A stretch of DNA of 64,000 bases, taken from Eledone cirrhosa (lineage: Eukaryota). Every line of letters starts with the position of its first letter. Within the stretch, counting starts at the first letter, position 1. Below are positions 55,219-64,000 of this stretch, in pieces. The stretch covers positions 70,308,001-70,372,000 of the forward strand of contig OZ024740.1 of the NCBI GenBank assembly GCA_964016885.1, written 5' to 3'. Below the pieces are notes generated by a model. It saw only the letters and a program-made list of their open reading frames with translations. It did not search any database and had not been told where the DNA came from. A program made the translations under genes and the position numbers.

Positions 55219-55609
55219 CTGCAGGGATTTCCAGAGGTTGACTGACGAGATAGGACTGTCCGTATTTCTATTGTCTTTTTCCTGTGCTGCTCCTATTTTG
55301 AATTTATATTCATGCGGGCTTTTTCTTTTTAAACTATCATATAACAGACATCACGCCGCTCGGCCTGTTTTCTTCTATTCTCCCTTCTTACCTTTTCTAT
55401 GCCTCAGTTGCTCGTTCGACTACAGTCATAATCCTTTTCCGTTTGACTATTTCTCTCCTTTCTATATATTGTTTTTTCCTTTGGCGAAACCCTTGCGCAC
55501 TGGAATGAATTGTATCAGTCTTAATGCACATAGACCTTAGGGATTTCCAGAGGTTGACTGTGGAGATGGGACTGACCGTCTTTCTGTGGTCTTTTCCATT
55601 GTCGTTGTC

Positions 55610-56826
<1,217 letters not shown>

Positions 56827-57006
56827 ATTTATATATATATGTATATAACTGATGCTGGTTTTCCGAAGGAGATCGGAATGAAAACAGAGTTAAATACATT
56901 AATATTATCTGCCCTAAAGAAATCTATTGATACCAATCTTGACCAATTTTATCGGACATTCCTGGTGACTTCATACAAATGAAACAGCTCTAACTCTGTA
57001 GAAGTA

Positions 57007-57152
<146 letters not shown>

Positions 57153-58237
57153 GTGTCTGTCTGTCTGTCTGTCTGTCTGTGCGTGTGTTGTGAATGCATG
57201 TGTTTATGTAGTAATATATATTTCCATACTGACATAACCAAGTTTGGGCGTTAGTCTGTGTATGACAGGTATTTATGCACAAGTGTATATATCTAGCAAT
57301 CCATTTTTTTTTTACTGTTGACATCTCTGTCTCTTTCTCCCTTCTCCCTTTCTCTCTCTTATTCCTTCCCTGTCTCTGTTTCTCACACACTGCCTTCTTA
57401 TCTTTTTCTCCACACACACACTCTCTCTGTCCTTCTCTATATTTTTCTTTCAGCACATGAATCACCAGTTCTTTTTTTTTTCTATCTGGCTTATCTTTAT
57501 TCACACGCAGACATAGTCATAGCCACTCAAAATCACACATGTATACGCATATGTGTGTGTCTGGATGCGCGCATGCGTATGAAAAAGAGCTGCTGAGTGA
57601 AATATGTGCGAGCAAGTAACTTAGAAAGCGAGTGTTAAGAGTATGAGGACAAGAATGAAAAAAATACCCCTCCTTTATCTTAGCTCTATGATGATATGAA
57701 AGAGCGAAAAAAAAAGATAATAATAAAACTGGAAATATCTAGCAAATAAAAGTATAAACGAAGTGTATATAAAAGAAATACAATAGACGAAAGTAAAGCC
57801 ATAAGGAATTCCGACACCCTTTAACAGCTAAGCAACGCCAACGTGATATTTCTCGCCTTGGAAAAATTACTTCGTCTTTTGCTGCCATTTTTCTTTTTAT
57901 CTTTTACAAAATGGAGGTTTTTGCGGCTATTCAGACATGTTTTTACACCCGTCAGGATAAGAACGAGAATAAGTAAGGTAAAATAAAATATAAACAAAGT
58001 TAAAGAAAAAATATGAAGGACTTTAAAACGAAGGAGGAAGTTTTATATTTATTTTATTACAAGTAGCTAATTTTTTTTGTTTTGTTTTGTTTTATTTTTT
58101 TGAAAGGGCTTGTTTATTTTGTAAATTTGAAACGGAGATGATTCATTTATTAGAGTTTTGACATCCAACCTTATTTCCATTGAAATGGAGACACATACAC
58201 ATCCAAACACAGATGCACATGCACGTACGTACGCACA

Positions 58238-58342
<105 letters not shown>

Positions 58343-59692
58343 TGGTCACAAAACAATGAAGTCAACCTTTAAAGGAGTACCCAGTATATGATTAAAGTTA
58401 ATCTCGAGAGTTTATATATATTTTTACTTGAATTTGAATTTGACAGTTCGATTCAACCGTTTCAATCGAACACGTTGAGCTCAATGGCTGAACGAAACGG
58501 TTAAATTCTGCCGTAGTAGAAATAGATAGTATGCAATAGTATTGAAATATGCAACTCTTACAGGTCCAGTTATTTTATTGGAGAGACACGTTAGTTAAGC
58601 TTGGACTAGAAAAAATCTTTCTTGATATGCTCTAAGTGCTAAACAACAAACTACACACTCATTGTAAGGACCAACGTGGAACCTCTACGCGGTGGCTTAA
58701 CCTGATAGAAATGCAGCCTAATCTCCCTCGAATCGTAATCTATTTTTTCTTTCAAAAGAAAAGGGATATTGGATAATGTAATTATGCAGTAAGTCTAAAA
58801 GAGTTGGGATGACCATGAGTCGAATGCTTTTGTTCAAAGATCTGTCCGACAAATGGTACACAGTATATCAAATGTAATTAATGCATTTTAACCAGAGAAC
58901 AAATTACTAAATAACCTATATAAGTTACCTGGTAATAGCAAAATCTTAGTAGGAGTTACAACGCGACGCCGTGAAAGTATTTTATTAGAATGAGAATGGA
59001 TCAAACATGAATCGCCGATAGACTCCAGAAATTGATCTTTCCAAACAAAATATAAAAACCAATAATTTAATATGAAACATCCACCTCCTATCTATCTATC
59101 TCTCTATATATGTGTGTGTTTGTGTGTGTGTATGTGTATGTATGTATGTATGTATGTATGTATTAATGTATGCATATGTATGTATTTGTGTAAATTCGTA
59201 TATATATACGTGTGCATGTGTGTATTTCTCTATGGATTCTGTACTTACCTTCAAAGGTCTAGCAATCGGTTTCACATCTAAGTATATTTTTGCCTGTCTA
59301 TTATTTTTTCCCAGGTGTTTACTTATACTTTTTGTGATCGTCCAAGTTGCTTGTTTGTCTGTCTGTGCGTCATCCACACGTGTTCTTTCATTCGTGTTGT
59401 TCATCTCCTCATCTCCTTTCAATGACACCTTCCTAATTTGGAAGAGTTGTCATGGTAGAACTCTAACCTACGGCTTCCCGATTGTCTGCCTACCGAAAAA
59501 CCGTGAGTCGGTTAAAAATAGGAATTTTCCTTGTATTAGTTGTCTGTCACATTCCCCAGTTTTTTTGTTGTTTTTTCCCCGGCAGTTCCTGTATCATCCT
59601 GTCTGTTCGTATTTCATCCCATCGTTTCTTTGCGTTTGATTTATCACATTCCAACACACACAGTACTCTCTTATCTCTTTCACTTTGGTTTT

Positions 59693-59754
<62 letters not shown>

Positions 59755-59840
59755 AAAGTTCTATTTAAAATTGTTGGGATACAACAAGTAAATATTTTTA
59801 TAACTGATATAAAGCACTCGACAAATTTTTGGAGTAGATA

Positions 59841-60720
59841 TACGATATTAATAAATGGAAACTATATTTATAAAACCATATTTATTTCATTATACATATT
59901 TCAGGGATATCACATTAAATTATGGTATGCCTTCATCAGACAAAATACAATATATAACAGTTTTACAAATAGGTTTGACGTACCCTTTAAAATACAACCA
60001 TTACTTTTGGAGGCTGTCTGGATAGTGATTTGTTCATATAATAAGTCATAGTGTTAAGCACAATTAGAAAAAGACGGAGAGAAAGAAAACCTGGAGAAAT
60101 ATCGGAGAGAGAAAAGTATGGAGAAAAGAAAGAGATAGATAAAGATAGGAGGAAATAAAAAAGAAAGAAAAGGAAGGAATAAGTTTCTCTTTCTGTATGA
60201 AGGAATGAGTTTCTCTTTCTGTATGAAGGAATGAGTTTCTCTTTCTGTATGAAGGAATGAGTTTCTCTTTCTGTATGATGACTTGATATCTCTCTGTTGC
60301 TTTCCTTTGTTTTTCTTATTCCTTTGTTTTTCTTATTCCTTCCTTTTCTTTCTTTTTTATTTCCTCCTATCTTTATCTATCTCTTTCTTTTCTCCATACT
60401 TTTCTCTCTCTTTCCGATATTTCTCCAGGTTTTCTTTCTCTTTTCTTTCTCTCTCTCTGTCTTTGTTCTTTTCTATTTCTTTCTCTCCGTCTTTTTCTAA
60501 TTGTGCTTAACACTATGGCTTATTATATGAACAAATCACTATCCAGACAGCCTCCAAAAGTAATGGTTGTATTTTAAAAGGTACGTCAAACCTATTTGTA
60601 AAACTGTTATATATTGTATTTTGTCTGATGAAGGCATACCATAATTTAATGTGATATCCCTGAAATATGTATAATGAAATAAATATGGTTTTATAAATAT
60701 AGTTTCCATTTATTAATATC

Positions 60721-60722
<2 letters not shown>
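59841..60722. repeat. Inverted duplication (arms about 350-390 bp) of HHR family C with a central 26-bp tandem array
   Basis: 59841-60183 is the reverse complement of about 60330-60722; (GTTTCTCTTTCTGTATGAAGGAATGA) x3.7 at 60183-60278. Confidence 0.92.
60618..60680 (+). ncRNA. Minimal type I hammerhead ribozyme (family C), inverted twin at 59884-59946
   Basis: attttgt-CTGATGA-agg..cct-GAAA-tatgta-TA-atgaaat. Confidence 0.75.
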
Positions 60723-60757
<35 letters not shown>

Positions 60758-61094
60758 TATTAGTATTGGTGCTCTGAAATAACGATATATACATGAATGT
60801 ATGTATAGTATATTTGGCAATATACTGTATGTTTAATTAAAGACATTGACTACATATAATTAGCTATGTTGCATTATATGGTGAACAATAACATTGTTTA
60901 TTAGAGTAATCCACCGAGTCAATCGAGGTATTTCTAACGGCGAGACGAGAGAGTGTCTTTGTGACTCGGTGTAGAACGAATATTACAAGCGACAAATTGC
61001 GAAAGGTGCCGACTTTACAGATTTTCGCCGCTGTTTACATTCTTCGTCGATGACTATACAGCACACATTTAACAATATGGTAATACACCTAGCA

Positions 61095-61724
61095 ACCTAT
61101 CTACCGAACTACCGACCTCCCTACCGAACTACCTACCGAACTACCTACCGAACTACCTACCGAACTACCGAACTACCTACCGAACTACCTACCGAACTAC
61201 CGAACTACCGACCTACCTACCTACCTACCTACCTACCTACCGAACTACCGAACTACCTACCGAACTACCTACCGAACTACCGAACTACCGACCTACCTAC
61301 CTACCTACCTACCTACCTACCTACCGAACTACCGAACTACCTACCGAACTACCGAACTACCTACCTACCGAACTACCGACCTACTTACCTACCTACCTAC
61401 CTATCTCCCTACCTACCTACCTACCTACCTACCTACCTACCTTCCTACCTACTTACCTACCTACTTACCTACCTACCTACCTACCTACCGACCTACCTAC
61501 ATATCTCCCTACGTACCGACCTATCTACCTACCTACCTACCTACCTACCTATATACCAAGCTACCTACATACCTATCTCACTTACCTGTCTACCTACCTC
61601 CCTACTTACCTACCAACCTACCTATCTACCTATCTACCTACTTACCTACCTACCAACCTAACTACCTACCAACCTACCTACCTACCTACCTATCTACCTA
61701 CCTACCTACCTATCTACCTACCTA
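61095..61724. repeat. (CCTA)n/(CCGAACTA)n microsatellite
   Basis: Direct reading. Confidence 0.95.
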
Positions 61725-62120
61725 CAGGCCTACATAGTCTGTGGAATTAATGCTGCGAAACATGCGGTCACCATTAAACTGGTTTACACAGAGCCATTCA
61801 TGGCGGAATGTAAAACAGACAAGCAAACGAAATTCCACGAAACAATGAAATTAAAATATCCTTAGACCGTTATATGGAAATAATAAGGAACATAAAATGA
61901 AAGCGACAAGCCACTTGGACATAATTGTTTAACAGTTAAAACAATAAAGAGTTGTACTATGATTGATAGGTCATGCCCACCAGACTGTAACAATGCAGTC
62001 AATGAATATGGCATGGAGGAAAATAACTAAAACAAAATTAAAAGTAGTAGAGTGGCTATATTTCTGTTGATATATGAACGCTTACTCTCTCACGTATACA
62101 AAAACATGGGCAAATACACG

Positions 62121-62222
<102 letters not shown>

Positions 62223-62542
62223 TTGTAATAGAATGAAACGAAATTTCATTTCTCACTCTTAGTACGGCACTTACTTAAATGTAAGTATGTATGTATACGT
62301 ACATACATATATGTATACAGACGTACAGTAGCATGCATATATATATATATAAAATATATATACATATATACATACAGGTACACATATATACATGTACGTA
62401 TCAGTTTAGCGGACGTTCATTATGACGCCCGCTTTGTCCGTTTGTAAACGGACAGCCTGATTTATGCCGTACGGACAGCCTGATTTATGCCGTACGGTGT
62501 TAAGGCAACCACGTCACCTTTTTGTTCAACACTGACACAGGA

Positions 62543-62585
62543 ACGATGTACTAGTTTCAAGCTTCTTAGCTATCATCAGCACCGT
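62543..62585 (-). ncRNA. Minimal type I hammerhead ribozyme (family H)
   Basis: Reverse complement of 63265-63307. Confidence 0.85.
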
Positions 62586-62822
62586 ATACCCTTCTGCCAG
62601 ATGGTTGAACATTCGAAAGTATATACTTTCCTTATGAAAATTAACGGCTGAGCAGCCTAATTTGCATATCGAGTGAGTTCAGTCGGCCAGGCGTACCGAA
62701 AACGATAAGTTGTAATAGAATGAAACGAAATTTCATTTCTCACTCTTAGTACGGCACTTACTTAAATGTAAGTATGTATGTATACGTACATACATATATG
62801 TATACAGACGTACAGTAGCATG

Positions 62823-62895
<73 letters not shown>

Positions 62896-62939
62896 CAGGT
62901 ACACATATACATGTACGTATCAGTTTAGCGGACGTTTAT

Positions 62940-63029
<90 letters not shown>

Positions 63030-63264
63030 TGCTACTGTACGTCTGTATACATATATGTATGTATGTATACATACATACTTACATTTAAGTAAGTGCCGTA
63101 CTAAAAGTCAGAAATGAAATTTCGTTTCATTCTATTACAACTTATCGTTTTCGGTACGCCTGGCCGACTGAACTCATTCGATATGCAAATTAGGCTGCTC
63201 AGCCGTTAATTTTCATAAGGAAAGTATATACTTTCGAACGTTCAACCATCTGGCAGAAGGGTAT

Positions 63265-63307
63265 ACGGTGCTGATGATAGCTAAGAAGCTTGAAACTAGT
63301 ACATCGT
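63265..63307 (+). ncRNA. Minimal type I hammerhead ribozyme (family H)
   Basis: acggtg-CTGATGA-t agct aaga agct t-GAAA-ctag-TA-catcgt. Confidence 0.85.
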
Positions 63308-63459
63308 TCCTGTGTCAGTGTTGAACAAAAAGGTGACGTGGTTGCCTTAACACCGTACGGCATAAATCAGGCTGTCCGTTTGTTTACAAACGGACAAAGC
63401 GGGCGTTATAATAAACGTCCGCTAAACTGATACGTACATGTATATATGTGTACCTGTAA

Positions 63460-63534
<75 letters not shown>

Positions 63535-63587
63535 TGCTACTGTACGTCTGTATGCATATATGTATGTACGTATACATACATACTTAC

Positions 63588-63646
<59 letters not shown>

Positions 63647-63796
63647 GAAATAACGCCTATGGAAGCATCTTAGCTACCATCAGACACATATATATAGAGA
63701 GAGAGAGATAGATAGATAATATACATATATATATATATATGTATATATATGTATATATATATGTATATACATATATATATACGTATATATATATAC

Positions 63797-63878
<82 letters not shown>

Positions 63879-64000
63879 CATAAATTACAATCAAATGGTG
63901 TTTAAAACAATTAATAGCTTACAATCGTTTCATCTAGACATAAGTATGATATCATCGGAGCATACGAAGGTTAAAACAAATATTTTACATTGAGCTACTT

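Noticed and set aside
57560-57980. Promoter-like NRF1 and YY1 motifs
   Set aside because: Short motifs expected by chance; no linked gene.
60183-60278. CRISPR-like 26-bp repeats
   Set aside because: Contiguous with no spacers, no cas genes, eukaryotic context.

Overview
AT-rich, microsatellite-saturated eukaryotic (animal) DNA with no confidently identifiable host gene. The SINE and microsatellite content resembles a coleoid cephalopod such as Octopus (inference). Most ORF-track entries are translations of simple repeats. Recognisable elements are a decayed full-length Tx1-clade non-LTR retrotransposon (17.4-22.5 kb, minus) with several truncated relatives at (GATA)n/(GGTA)n, a full-length decayed Tigger/pogo transposon (40.3-42.7 kb), a CR1/L2-like LINE 3' end, two mariner-type MITEs and many tRNA-derived SINEs. 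The most interesting signal is more than ten type I hammerhead ribozyme (HHR) motifs from about seven sequence families. They lie in short non-coding units beside (TA)n tracts, arranged as partial tandem repeats or head-to-head inverted pairs, like Penelope pLTRs or retrozymes. Several have a large branched insertion in stem II, supported by compensatory changes between two copies. All structures and coordinates were read by eye; nothing was computed or searched.
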